Assembly (NCBI RefSeq): GCF_000734015.1
Contig: NZ_CP008796.1
Location: 150,001 to 182,000 of the forward strand
Direction: 5' to 3'
DNA from: Thermodesulfobacterium commune DSM 2178
GTDB lineage: Bacteria > Desulfobacterota > Thermodesulfobacteria > Thermodesulfobacteriales > Thermodesulfobacteriaceae
DNA: 32,000 bases
Part shown: positions 9,475 to 17,515 of the stretch, in pieces
Position numbering within the stretch: the stretch's first letter is position 1
How the letters are laid out: the number at the start of each line of letters is the position of its first letter
Program-made: the position numbers and the translations under genes
The notes under the pieces: model-generated
The model's database searches: none
Seen by the model: the letters and a program-made list of their open reading frames with translations, nothing else
What the model was told of the DNA's origin: nothing

Positions 9475-10503
9475 TCAAGAGGTTTTTTGAAGATAGATTG
9501 TCCTTATAGGAAAGGGTATTGTTATTCCTTCTTCTTGATATCTTTGGTGTAGTTTTTTTATAAACTCATGAACCACCATATGTCGATCTACATAAGTCTT
9601 TACCCTTAAGATTACGTTAAAGTTAATACTAAAATCCCCAAAGGTATGATAGCGGACAAATGGTTCAAACTCTGAGACACCCCCATTAACCGTGTTAAGT
9701 ACTTCTTTAGCAACTTCTATCGTCACCCTTTCTACTTTGTTTAAATCACTATCATAGCTTACCCCTACTCCAACTAAAATGTTTAGTTCGGGTTCAGGAA
9801 GACTGTAGTTAACGATTACTGAAGAAGATATCTTAGAGTTAGGAACGATGATAAGGTTGTTTGAGGGGTGACGTATGATGGTGTTTCTCCAGGTAATATC
9901 TTCCACAAAGCCTTCTAGATTGTTATCTAACATGATGTAATCTCCAGGTTTGATTTGTTTGGCCATCAAGATATGAAGTCCAGAAAATAGATTTTCAAGG
10001 GTGTCTTTTAAAGCCAAACCCACCGCAAGGCCTGCTATACCTAAGGAAGTGATAAAAGGAGTTATGTTTATTTTTAAAATATCTAAAACCAAAATAAACC
10101 CGATAAAAAAGATAATTATTTTTATTAACAATTCGATGATAGAAACACTGGGTATGACCTCAAATCGTTGGGTTAAGTATTGAGTAATAAGAGTTATTAT
10201 AAGTTGAGAAATAAACCAAACTAAGGAAAATATAAAAAAGATTATCAGTAATTTATTAATAAGCGGGTTTAGTGTTGGTAAAGGGTTATAAAGTTCGTTT
10301 ACTAAATAGAGACCCAAGGTAAAAACCCAGAGAAAACAAGCCCAAGACATAAGGTTTACCGTTTTTTCCTTTAGTTTTATTCCGACCAATTTCTCAAGAA
10401 AGCTAAACTTTTTCTTCATCCCCCATTTTATGGTAAAAGAAGCAGCTATCACTAAAGCTATGAAAATAAAGGTTTTTAGATGGATAGGAAGAACGTCCCA
10501 CAT
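9475..10503 (-). CDS. small-conductance mechanosensitive channel (MscS family)
   Basis: N-terminal TM helices are followed by the MscS signature GIAGLAVGLALKDTLENLFSGLHILMAKQIKPGDYI...GFVEDITWRNTIIRHPSNNLIIVPNSKISSSVIVNYS. Confidence 0.85.
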   Translation of the reverse strand: MWDVLPIHLKTFIFIALVIAASFTIKWGMKKKFSFLEKLVGIKLKEKTVNLMSWACFLWVFTLGLYLVNELYNPLPTLNPLINKLLIIFFIFSLVWFISQLIITLITQYLTQRFEVIPSVSIIELLIKIIIFFIGFILVLDILKINITPFITSLGIAGLAVGLALKDTLENLFSGLHILMAKQIKPGDYIMLDNNLEGFVEDITWRNTIIRHPSNNLIIVPNSKISSSVIVNYSLPEPELNILVGVGVSYDSDLNKVERVTIEVAKEVLNTVNGGVSEFEPFVRYHTFGDFSINFNVILRVKTYVDRHMVVHEFIKKLHQRYQEEGITIPFPIRTIYLQKTS

Positions 10504-10663
10504 AAGCTCTCCTGCAAATTTTATGTTAGGTTTTGTCTATCGTATAAATTTTATTGTATAAAATTATAAAATAAAAAACAACGTTAAAAATTCAACGGTT
10601 CAATCGATTAAAGTTGAGTACAAATTTAGCACACATAACTTAGGGATACCTTTGGCTAAGGAG

Positions 10664-10691
10664 TTTAACAATTTTTTAAGTTTGGTATAAT
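10664..10691 (+). promoter_or_regulatory. candidate sigma70 promoter with extended -10 for the RACo-like/psd/pssA unit
   Basis: TGgTATAAT lies at 10683-10691. A TTTAAC/TTAACA -35-like hexamer sits 15-16 nt upstream, about 38 nt before the ATG at 10730. This is a pattern match only, in AT-rich DNA. Confidence 0.3.
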
Positions 10692-10729
10692 ACAGGTTTA
10701 GCTTTAAGGATTTTAAGGGATTAGAAAAA

Positions 10730-12592
10730 ATGCCTAAGGTTAAGTTTCTACCGTTTAACGAAGAGTATGAGGCTCTTGAAGGGGAGACTCTTTTTGATGT
10801 AGCAATAAAAGCAGGCATTCATATCAACGCCTCTTGTGGTGGAACCGGAAGCTGTAATCGGTGTAAAGTGAGGTTGGTTTCAGGAGAACTGAAAGGAGAG
10901 ATTTTAGAAGGTCAGTATTATAAGGCTTGTGGTAGTTACCCTCTAACAGACGTGGTGGTAGAAGTCCCCTTAACTACTTTCTTAGACCAGAAAACGTTAT
11001 ATCGCCCTGTGAAAAAAAGGGCTAAGTTTCTAGAACTATCTCAAGTTGATTTTGATTCCCCTCCGGTTAAAGAAGTATTTTTGAAACTAACCCCTCCGAC
11101 CTTGGAGGAAAACACCGCAGATTTTAACAGACTAAAAGAGGGGCTTTATAAACAGGGTATCTCGGAACCAGAGGTTTCCTTAGAAGTTTTAAGAAAAATT
11201 CCCCATGTTCTTCGTCAAAAAAATTTCGAAACCATAGCTTATGTTTATCAGGCTTTAGATAATCCTAAAACATTCTTGTTAGACCTTACCGCAGAGCCTT
11301 TAGATCCCTTTTTAGGGGTAGCCATAGACGTTGGAACTACCACCTTACAGGTAGAGGTGGTTGACTTAAAGAAAGGAGAAGTTTTGGGTTTTAGTTCAGA
11401 TTATAACCCTCAAATCAAGTATGGTGATGATGTTATTAGCAGAATAGAGTTTTGCAGAAGAGATGGAGGATTAAAGATATTATCTGAGGTTTTAAAAGAA
11501 AGATTAATCCTTTTGATAAAAGAAGCCTTGGGATCAAAAGGGCGGTTAGAAGAGGTGAAACTTATTTCTTTAGCGGCTAATACAGTGATGACCCATCTTT
11601 TTCTTGAACTTGAGCCAAGATATTTAAGAGAATATCCCTATGTTCCAGTAGCTACTGAATTTCCTGTTTTCTGGGCTAAAGATTTAGGTTTTACAGATTT
11701 AAACGCACTTATCCAGATCGCTCCTTGTAAAGCAAGTTATGTCGGAGGAGACGTAGTAGGGGGTGTGGTAGCTTCTAAGATGTATGAAGAAAGCCCTTTG
11801 ACCCTTTTTATAGACCTTGGAACTAACGGAGAAATAGTATTAGGGAATCAGGATTTTTTGGTTTGTGCTGCCTGTTCTGCCGGTCCAGCTTTTGAAGGAG
11901 GCGGTATAAAACACGGGATGAGAGCCACCCTTGGTGCTATAGAAATGGTAAACATAGACCCTTATACTTATGAACCCATGGTGGTTACTATCGGTAAAAC
12001 AAAACCTATAGGTCTCTGTGGCTCGGGAATCCTTTCTTTGTTGGCCTCTCTTTTTAGAGTAGGGATCATAGATAAATCTGGAAAAATTAAAAAAGACCTG
12101 ATTCATCCCCGTATAAGAAGAGGGGAAGAAGGGTGGGAGTATGTAGTGGTTTTTAAACAAGACACCCAAACAGGAGAAGACATAGTTTTTACTGAAGCAG
12201 ACATAGATAATGTTATCAGAGCCAAAGCCGCTATTTTTGCGGGATGCCAGGTTTTGGTTGAGTCTGTAGGGTTATCTTTAAAAGACATAGAGAGGGTTTA
12301 TTTAGCAGGTTCCTTTGGAAACTATCTTGATGTAGAAGACGCTATTTCTATAGGCCTTTTACCGGATTTAGATAGAGACCGGTTTTTCTTTTTAGGTAAC
12401 ACCAGTTTACTCGGAGCTAAAATAGCCCTTCTTTCTCAAGAAAAGTTTGCTAAAATGAGAGACATAGCTAAGTCTATGACCCACTTAGAGCTTTCAAACT
12501 ACCCAGGTTATATGGAGACCTATGTAGCTGCCCTGTTTTTACCTCATACAGACGAAAGTTTATTCCCTACCATAAAAAATAAAAAGGAGTAA
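10730..12592 (+). CDS. RACo-like protein: N-terminal plant-type 2Fe-2S ferredoxin domain + ASKHA ATPase (DUF4445; corrinoid activation/regeneration family)
   Basis: 620 aa. The N-terminal ferredoxin fold has CGGTGSCNRCKV...ACG cysteines. The ASKHA phosphate-1 motif is GVAIDVGTTTLQVEVVD, followed later by IDLGTNGEIVLG and CSAGPAFEGGGI, all typical of RACo/DUF4445 proteins. Confidence 0.8.
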   Translation: MPKVKFLPFNEEYEALEGETLFDVAIKAGIHINASCGGTGSCNRCKVRLVSGELKGEILEGQYYKACGSYPLTDVVVEVPLTTFLDQKTLYRPVKKRAKFLELSQVDFDSPPVKEVFLKLTPPTLEENTADFNRLKEGLYKQGISEPEVSLEVLRKIPHVLRQKNFETIAYVYQALDNPKTFLLDLTAEPLDPFLGVAIDVGTTTLQVEVVDLKKGEVLGFSSDYNPQIKYGDDVISRIEFCRRDGGLKILSEVLKERLILLIKEALGSKGRLEEVKLISLAANTVMTHLFLELEPRYLREYPYVPVATEFPVFWAKDLGFTDLNALIQIAPCKASYVGGDVVGGVVASKMYEESPLTLFIDLGTNGEIVLGNQDFLVCAACSAGPAFEGGGIKHGMRATLGAIEMVNIDPYTYEPMVVTIGKTKPIGLCGSGILSLLASLFRVGIIDKSGKIKKDLIHPRIRRGEEGWEYVVVFKQDTQTGEDIVFTEADIDNVIRAKAAIFAGCQVLVESVGLSLKDIERVYLAGSFGNYLDVEDAISIGLLPDLDRDRFFFLGNTSLLGAKIALLSQEKFAKMRDIAKSMTHLELSNYPGYMETYVAALFLPHTDESLFPTIKNKKE

Positions 12593-12596
12593 TTTT

Positions 12597-13238
12597 ATGG
12601 TGCACAAAGAAGGCTTCCCTTGGGTGTTTTATCCCTTGCTGTTTGCAGGTACCAGTCTTTTATTTAAGAAAAGAAAGGCGGCGCTCTTAGGGTTAGGAAT
12701 AGGGTTGGCTAATGCCTTTTTTTTCAGAAACCCTAAAAGAGAACCTGTTTTAGACCCAGAACTCATTATCTCTCCTGCAGACGGAAAGGTAGTTACTTGT
12801 CGGATAGAAGAAAATCCCTCTTGGTTTTCTACCCCCCTTTGGAGAATAGGGATTTTTATGAGGCTATGGGATGTTCATATCAATCGCTCTCCTATCACGG
12901 GTAAAGTCTTACGTATGCAATATGTAAAAGGAGAAAAACTTCCTGTTTTTAAAGAAGAATCTTTTCAACAAAACGAAAAACAACTTTATCTTATAGAACG
13001 AGAAGATGGTACTCCTTTTTGGGTGGTACAGATAGCGGGGATGGTTGCAAGAAGGATAAGGGCTTTTGTCCTTCCTGGAGATGATGTGGTCGCAGGAGAC
13101 CCTATTGGTATCATAAAGTTTAGCTCAAGGGTAGAGCTTTTTTTCCCGGTTGAAAACTCTGAAATCTATGTAAAAGAAGGACATAAAGTTTTTGCTGGAG
13201 AAACTGTTTTGGGTCGGGTGTTATTAAAGAAGGATTAA
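12597..13238 (+). CDS. psd: phosphatidylserine decarboxylase, short (archaeal-type/PS_decarb_rel) form
   Basis: 213 aa with an N-terminal membrane anchor. ISPADGKV, HINRSPITGKV and a C-terminal GDPIGIIKFSSRVELFFP processing-site region are present. It lies directly upstream of pssA. See the finding on the S-S processing site. Confidence 0.8.
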   Translation: MVHKEGFPWVFYPLLFAGTSLLFKKRKAALLGLGIGLANAFFFRNPKREPVLDPELIISPADGKVVTCRIEENPSWFSTPLWRIGIFMRLWDVHINRSPITGKVLRMQYVKGEKLPVFKEESFQQNEKQLYLIEREDGTPFWVVQIAGMVARRIRAFVLPGDDVVAGDPIGIIKFSSRVELFFPVENSEIYVKEGHKVFAGETVLGRVLLKKD

Positions 13239-13242
13239 AACT

Positions 13243-13980
13243 ATGTTAGCCCTAATACCTAACATTTTTACTACCTTTAACCTTTTTTTTGGTTTTTATT
13301 CGATCATATGTTCCATACACGGAGATTTTACTAAAGCTGGCTGGGCTATTTTTTTAGCGATGGTTTTTGATATCTTTGATGGGAGGATTGCTCGATATTT
13401 AAAGCAGACTTCTAAGTTTGGCCTTGAATATGACTCTTTAAGTGACCTTATTTCTTTTGGAGTAGCTCCTGCCATTCTTATATATCAGTTTTGGCTTATA
13501 GAATTTGGTAAATTGGGATGGTTAACTTGTTTTTTATATACTATCTGTGTGGCTTTAAGACTTGCGAGATATAACGTAAAAGCCCATTCTGGGTTTGGCT
13601 ATTTTGAAGGACTCCCTTCACCTGCAGGGGCGGCTATTTTGGCTTCTTCTGTGCTTTTTATACAATCCTATCGTCCTGATTTTGAGCTTCCTAAATGGGC
13701 TACTCTAACTGCTGTAAGCCTTATCTCTTATCTGTTAGTTTCTCCTATCCAATATCCCAGCTTTAAGCACATAAAAATAGAAAAATCTCAAAATTTTTAT
13801 CTTTTACTGCTTTTTGTAGGTGGTCTTACCATCTCCGCTGCCTATCCTTCTTACTCTATCTTTGTTCTAATCGTAGTATATACCTTATTAGGACCGGCTT
13901 TATTTTTTAAAACCAAGAGTATTAAAATCATAAAAAAATTTCGTAAAAGAAAGGATTTTAAAGAAAAATTGACAAAATAG
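13243..13980 (+). CDS. pssA: CDP-diacylglycerol--serine O-phosphatidyltransferase
   Basis: Carries the CDP-alcohol phosphatidyltransferase motif DIFDGRIAR...GLEYDSLSDLISFGVAP. It is a multi-TM protein of 245 aa. Confidence 0.9.
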   Translation: MLALIPNIFTTFNLFFGFYSIICSIHGDFTKAGWAIFLAMVFDIFDGRIARYLKQTSKFGLEYDSLSDLISFGVAPAILIYQFWLIEFGKLGWLTCFLYTICVALRLARYNVKAHSGFGYFEGLPSPAGAAILASSVLFIQSYRPDFELPKWATLTAVSLISYLLVSPIQYPSFKHIKIEKSQNFYLLLLFVGGLTISAAYPSYSIFVLIVVYTLLGPALFFKTKSIKIIKKFRKRKDFKEKLTK

Positions 13981-13996
13981 AAAAATGTTTTACAAT
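13969..13996 (+). promoter_or_regulatory. candidate sigma70 promoter for remA-gmk-rlmB
   Basis: Consensus -35 TTGACA (13969-13974, overlapping the pssA stop), a 16-nt spacer, then -10 TACAAT (13991-13996), about 60 nt upstream of the remA ATG. Confidence 0.45.
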
Positions 13997-14057
13997 AACT
14001 AAAGATAAACTTGATTAATCTCTTTTAAACCAAAATTATCTTTTTACGGAGGTCTTT

Positions 14058-14339
14058 ATGGGATGTAGTTGTAAACTTTTAAACATAGGTTTTGGCAACT
14101 ATGTGGTTGCAGATAGAATCATTGCTATCGTAAATCCAAACTCTGCTCCTATGAAGAGGTTAAAGGAAGAGGCTAAGGAAACAAGAAGGCTTATCGATGC
14201 TACTCAGGGACGTAAGACTCGCTCTATCATCATCACCGATAGCAATCATATCATCCTTTCTGCTATACAAGCAGAAACTGTAGCTCAAAGGCTGATGTCT
14301 GATGGGTTAGAAAGGTTGGAGAAAGATGAAGAGGAATAA
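14058..14339 (+). CDS. remA: RemA/DUF370 family protein
   Basis: [73 protein letters not shown] is the conserved DUF370 core. The synteny immediately upstream of gmk is classical. Confidence 0.85.
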   Translation: MGCSCKLLNIGFGNYVVADRIIAIVNPNSAPMKRLKEEAKETRRLIDATQGRKTRSIIITDSNHIILSAIQAETVAQRLMSDGLERLEKDEEE

Positions 14340-14946
14340 AAGACTAATCATAGTGGTTACCGGTCCTTCTGGGGCTGGTAAAAGCACGATACTTAAGGAT
14401 TTGCCTCAGGATGAATTTTATTTTTCTGTTTCTCATACTACTAGAGCTCCACGTCCTGGGGAAGAAGATGGAAAACATTACTATTTTGTAAGTCGTTCTG
14501 TTTTTTTAGAGATGATAGAGAGAGATGAATTTTTAGAATGGGTAGAGGTTTTTGGGACCTTTTATGGAACGGCAAAGACAGAGATAGAAAAGGCCTTTAC
14601 CCAGAACAAACACTTAGTGTTAGACATAGAGGTGGTAGGGGCCACCAGACTTAAGTCATATTTTGGTTCAGATGCCATATTTATTTTTATAGCCCCTCCT
14701 GACCTTCAGTCCCTAAAAACCCGTATCATTCAAAGGGGTACAGAAAACGAGGCTGAGGTACAAAATCGTTTAAAAAGGGCTAAAGAAGAACTCAGGTTTG
14801 CCTCTTGGTTTGATTATGTGATAGTAAACGAAAACTTAGAAAAAAGTAAAGAGCTTTTCTTTTCGATAGTTAAAGCAGAGTTAAGTAGACCTTATAGAAA
14901 TCCTCAGTGGAAATATTTTTTATCTAACTTTAACCTTAATCTATGA
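14326..14946 (+). CDS. gmk: guanylate kinase
   Basis: P-loop GPSGAGKST, then [21 protein letters not shown] and [12 protein letters not shown]. It overlaps remA by 14 nt. Confidence 0.92.
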   Translation: MKRNKRLIIVVTGPSGAGKSTILKDLPQDEFYFSVSHTTRAPRPGEEDGKHYYFVSRSVFLEMIERDEFLEWVEVFGTFYGTAKTEIEKAFTQNKHLVLDIEVVGATRLKSYFGSDAIFIFIAPPDLQSLKTRIIQRGTENEAEVQNRLKRAKEELRFASWFDYVIVNENLEKSKELFFSIVKAELSRPYRNPQWKYFLSNFNLNL

Positions 14947-15680
14947 CCTCTTTTATTTATGGAATAAACCCTGTCTTAGAGGCTCTTAAAAACAACCCTC
15001 AGTCTATCGAAAAAATATGGTTTGATAAAAACCGTCTCTCAGGAAAAAAATATCAAATTTTAGAAAAAGCGAAAAAACTTGGGATTCCCGTTAAAATCTC
15101 AGAAAAATTACCTCCCAAAATACCAGCACATCTAAACACCCAAGGGGTGGTGGCCTATCTTTTAACTTTTAATTATGCTGATTTAGAGGATATAGTAGCC
15201 AACTGGGAAAAGAGAAGTGAAGTGCCTTTGGTGGTCATGTTGGACGAGGTAGAAGATCCTCATAACGTAGGGGCTATCATCCGTAGTGCTGATGCCTCAG
15301 GGGTTCATGGAGTGGTAATCCCTAAGGTTAGAGCCTGTGAAGTGACAGAAACAGTAGCTAAAGTTTCTGCAGGAGCTGTGTTTAACCTCCCTATAGCTAA
15401 GGTTACCAACCTAAAACATGCTCTTCAATTTTTTAAAGAGAAAGGTTTATGGGTATTAGGACTTACCCATAAAGCCGAAAAGTCCATATATCAGCTGGAC
15501 CTTAAAATTCCTTTGGTTTTAATCGTAGGAAACGAAGGAAAAGGGATTAGACCCGGAATTTTAGAGCAGTGTGACTTTTTAGCCAAAATTCCGATGAAAG
15601 GAAAGGTAGAAAGTCTTAATGTTTCGGTAGCTGCTGCTATAGCTCTTTTTGAGACCCAAAGACAACGCTCAATTTTTTAA
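14943..15680 (+). CDS. rlmB: 23S rRNA (guanosine-2'-O-)-methyltransferase RlmB (SpoU/TrmH group 3)
   Basis: The N-terminal substrate-binding region is IYGINPVLEALKN. SpoU motifs are LDEVEDPHNVGAIIRSA, LIVGNEGKGIR and ESLNVSVAAAIALFE. There is an ATGA overlap with gmk. Confidence 0.85.
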   Translation: MTSFIYGINPVLEALKNNPQSIEKIWFDKNRLSGKKYQILEKAKKLGIPVKISEKLPPKIPAHLNTQGVVAYLLTFNYADLEDIVANWEKRSEVPLVVMLDEVEDPHNVGAIIRSADASGVHGVVIPKVRACEVTETVAKVSAGAVFNLPIAKVTNLKHALQFFKEKGLWVLGLTHKAEKSIYQLDLKIPLVLIVGNEGKGIRPGILEQCDFLAKIPMKGKVESLNVSVAAAIALFETQRQRSIF

Positions 15681-15711
15681 GCCCGGCTTACAGCCTGTTT
15701 GCTAAGTTTTT

Positions 15712-16176
15712 TCATCCCCCTTTTAGGAAAAGCCTCAATATTTTGGTTTCAATTTCAGGGTTAAAGGGTTTGGGTGGACCAGGAGGATAGGTTTTTATTT
15801 TACCATAAGGTGGAATTATTTCTTTATTTCCTTTAGAGGTTTTTCCTTGATAAAAGTCTATTAATATAAACTCTGTAAGGTTGGTTATAACTCCAAAGAA
15901 AGGTAAAGGATTACTAACAAGTCTTGCTAAGCTTATAAAACCTCGTTCAAAACAAGATAAAAAGTTTTGAGGTTTGTAGTCTACCCAAAAATAGGTGTAA
16001 TCTTTTTCTTGGATGATAAGAGGTAGGGTTAACTCATAGGAAAAGTCTTCGAGAGATATGAAAAGTTTGGTATTAAATTTAAACAAAGTTTCAGGGTACC
16101 CTAAGGTGCTAAAGATAAAAGAAAGTTGCTTTTCTATGAAGAAGTTTTTAGAAACCTTTTCTGAGCGATTTTCCAT
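15712..16176 (-). CDS. hypothetical protein, HsdR_N-like (putative PD-(D/E)xK nuclease fold)
   Basis: 154 aa. By eye it follows the HSDR_N_2 pattern: EKQLSFIFSTLGYPE, then LPLIIQEKDYTYFWVDYKP (D-x-K-like), then PFFGVITNLTEFILIDF (compare vvtNG-x-e-x-x-x-yd). The C-terminus is proline-rich. The only possible start (ATG 16176) overlaps the PHP gene by 43 nt. Confidence 0.45.
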   Translation of the reverse strand: MENRSEKVSKNFFIEKQLSFIFSTLGYPETLFKFNTKLFISLEDFSYELTLPLIIQEKDYTYFWVDYKPQNFLSCFERGFISLARLVSNPLPFFGVITNLTEFILIDFYQGKTSKGNKEIIPPYGKIKTYPPGPPKPFNPEIETKILRLFLKGG

Positions 16177-16781
16177 ACTTTTTGAACTTCTTCTGCTGAA
16201 AGCCCAGCTCCTATCCCTACTTTAAGAGCTAATTCTTTGGACATAAAATCTGAGGGACTATGTCCGTCTGAGTTTATTACCAGATTGGCTCCATAAGTTT
16301 TAGCCAAGCTAACTACGTGTCCATTGGCAAGACAGTGTCCCTTTCTCCCAGATATTTCTAAAAAGGTCCCTTTTTGAGCCGCAAGTTTTACCTCTTCAGG
16401 CTTAATAAGCCCTGGATGAGCAAGGATGTCGGCTTCTCCCAGGATGGCGGCAAGATTGGTCCCTTCAGTCACAGGCTCTACGATAGTTTCTCCATGGACT
16501 ACCACTATCTCTGCCCCAGCTTTTCGACATTCTTTGATAAGAGGAGGAATAAGGTCTGGAGGTACATGGGTTATTTCTACACCTACGATAAATTCTGGGA
16601 TTAACCCTTGAACAGATTTTTTAAACTTTAAAAGACTTTGAAGGATGTGTTCGAAGTTTGAGTGGTCTACATGGTCGGTAATGGCTATGGCTTGATAGCC
16701 TAAAGCTTGAACCCTTCTCCATAACTCTGCTGGAATAAGTTCTCCATCGCTAAAAACTGAATGGCAATGCAAATCAAACAA
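16134..16781 (-). CDS. stand-alone PHP-domain metal-dependent phosphoesterase
   Basis: The full set of PHP metal ligands is visible: DLHCHSVFSDG, ITDHVDH, VGVEITH, VVVHGE, LAHPG, NSDGHS. The start is TTG (16781), with a GAGGA SD 7 nt upstream that overlaps the BFN stop codon. Confidence 0.85.
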   Translation of the reverse strand: MFDLHCHSVFSDGELIPAELWRRVQALGYQAIAITDHVDHSNFEHILQSLLKFKKSVQGLIPEFIVGVEITHVPPDLIPPLIKECRKAGAEIVVVHGETIVEPVTEGTNLAAILGEADILAHPGLIKPEEVKLAAQKGTFLEISGRKGHCLANGHVVSLAKTYGANLVINSDGHSPSDFMSKELALKVGIGAGLSAEEVQKVWKIAQKRFLKTSS

Positions 16782-16792
16782 ATTGCAATCCT

Positions 16793-17308
16793 CTACATTT
16801 TGTATTTAAAAATTTTAGGATCCAGCTTTTCCAGAAAATCTTTTAGTTTTTCTTTTTCCTCTTTGGTGGTGATTACCATTTCTCCTTGTTTTTCGGTCAC
16901 TGGGGTTTCAGAATAAATTTGACTCTTCTTGAATACCTCTTCATCTACAAAGATCTCCGCATTAAGCCTTAAAGCTAAAGCTATAGCATCGCTTGGACGG
17001 GAGTCTATTTCTAAAACCTTATCTCCAGTAACTATGGTAATAAGGGCATAATAAGTATTGTCTTTAAGGTCTACGATTTCAACCTTGGGAATAGTAATCC
17101 CCAGGTTTTCGAATATATTTTTGATTAGGTCATGGGTTAATGGCCTTGGAAACTGTATGTTTTCTAACTTGGCTGCGATGGAAGTAGCTTCTAAAACCCC
17201 TATCCAAATGGGAAGAATCCTTTCTCCTTCTGCTTCTTTTAATAACATCACAGGACTGTTAGACATAGGATCCATGGCTATTCCATGCAACACCATTTTT
17301 ATTTTCAT
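16793..17308 (-). CDS. bifunctional nuclease family protein (BFN/DUF151)
   Basis: Hallmark segments are present: LPIWIGVLEATSIA, FPRPLTHDLIKNIF, EIDSRPSDAIALALR, and a C-terminal KLKDFLEKLDPKIF tail. Confidence 0.85.
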   Translation of the reverse strand: MKIKMVLHGIAMDPMSNSPVMLLKEAEGERILPIWIGVLEATSIAAKLENIQFPRPLTHDLIKNIFENLGITIPKVEIVDLKDNTYYALITIVTGDKVLEIDSRPSDAIALALRLNAEIFVDEEVFKKSQIYSETPVTEKQGEMVITTKEEKEKLKDFLEKLDPKIFKYKM

Positions 17309-17345
17309 AAAATCAAACCCCCCTTATACCCTCTTTATTTTTAAT

Positions 17346-17374
17346 ATGTTAAGACTTAATCTTTAAAAAGTCAA
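17346..17374 (-). promoter_or_regulatory. candidate sigma70 promoter for the BFN-PHP-HsdR_N-like unit
   Basis: On the minus strand: TTGACT (17374-17369), 17 nt, then TAACAT (17351-17346), about 38 nt upstream of the ATG at 17308. Pattern match only. Confidence 0.3.
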
Positions 17375-17454
17375 GCAATACAAAGGGGTTTGTATGGTTT
17401 CGAATTTGAAAGGTTGTCTTTTACTGTTTTTTTACCTCCAGACTTTAAAGTAGG

Positions 17455-17482
17455 TTGGAAAAAGTAAAATTCGTAATAAAAT
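17455..17482 (+). promoter_or_regulatory. candidate sigma70 promoter for lysS
   Basis: TTGGAA (17455-17460), 16 nt, then TAAAAT (17477-17482), about 33 nt upstream of the lysS ATG. Pattern match only. Confidence 0.3.
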
Positions 17483-17515
17483 AGGGCTGGAGTAAAAAAT
17501 TTGGAGGGATAATAG

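Noticed and set aside
15681-15711. Possible terminator between convergent rlmB and the HsdR_N-like ORF (GGCT-TAC-AGCC followed by a T-run)
   Set aside because: The stem is only 4 bp, too weak to call, especially for a presumed thermophile.
17394-17453. 19-codon mini-ORF (MVSNLKGCLLLFFYLQTLK) with an AAGGGG SD, plus an ACCTCCAG anti-SD-like box upstream of lysS; considered as a leader peptide or riboregulator
   Set aside because: The best candidate lysS promoter (17455-17482) lies downstream of both elements, so they would not be in the lysS mRNA. The possible pairings are only 5-6 bp in AT-rich DNA. No T-box or L-box-like structure is visible.
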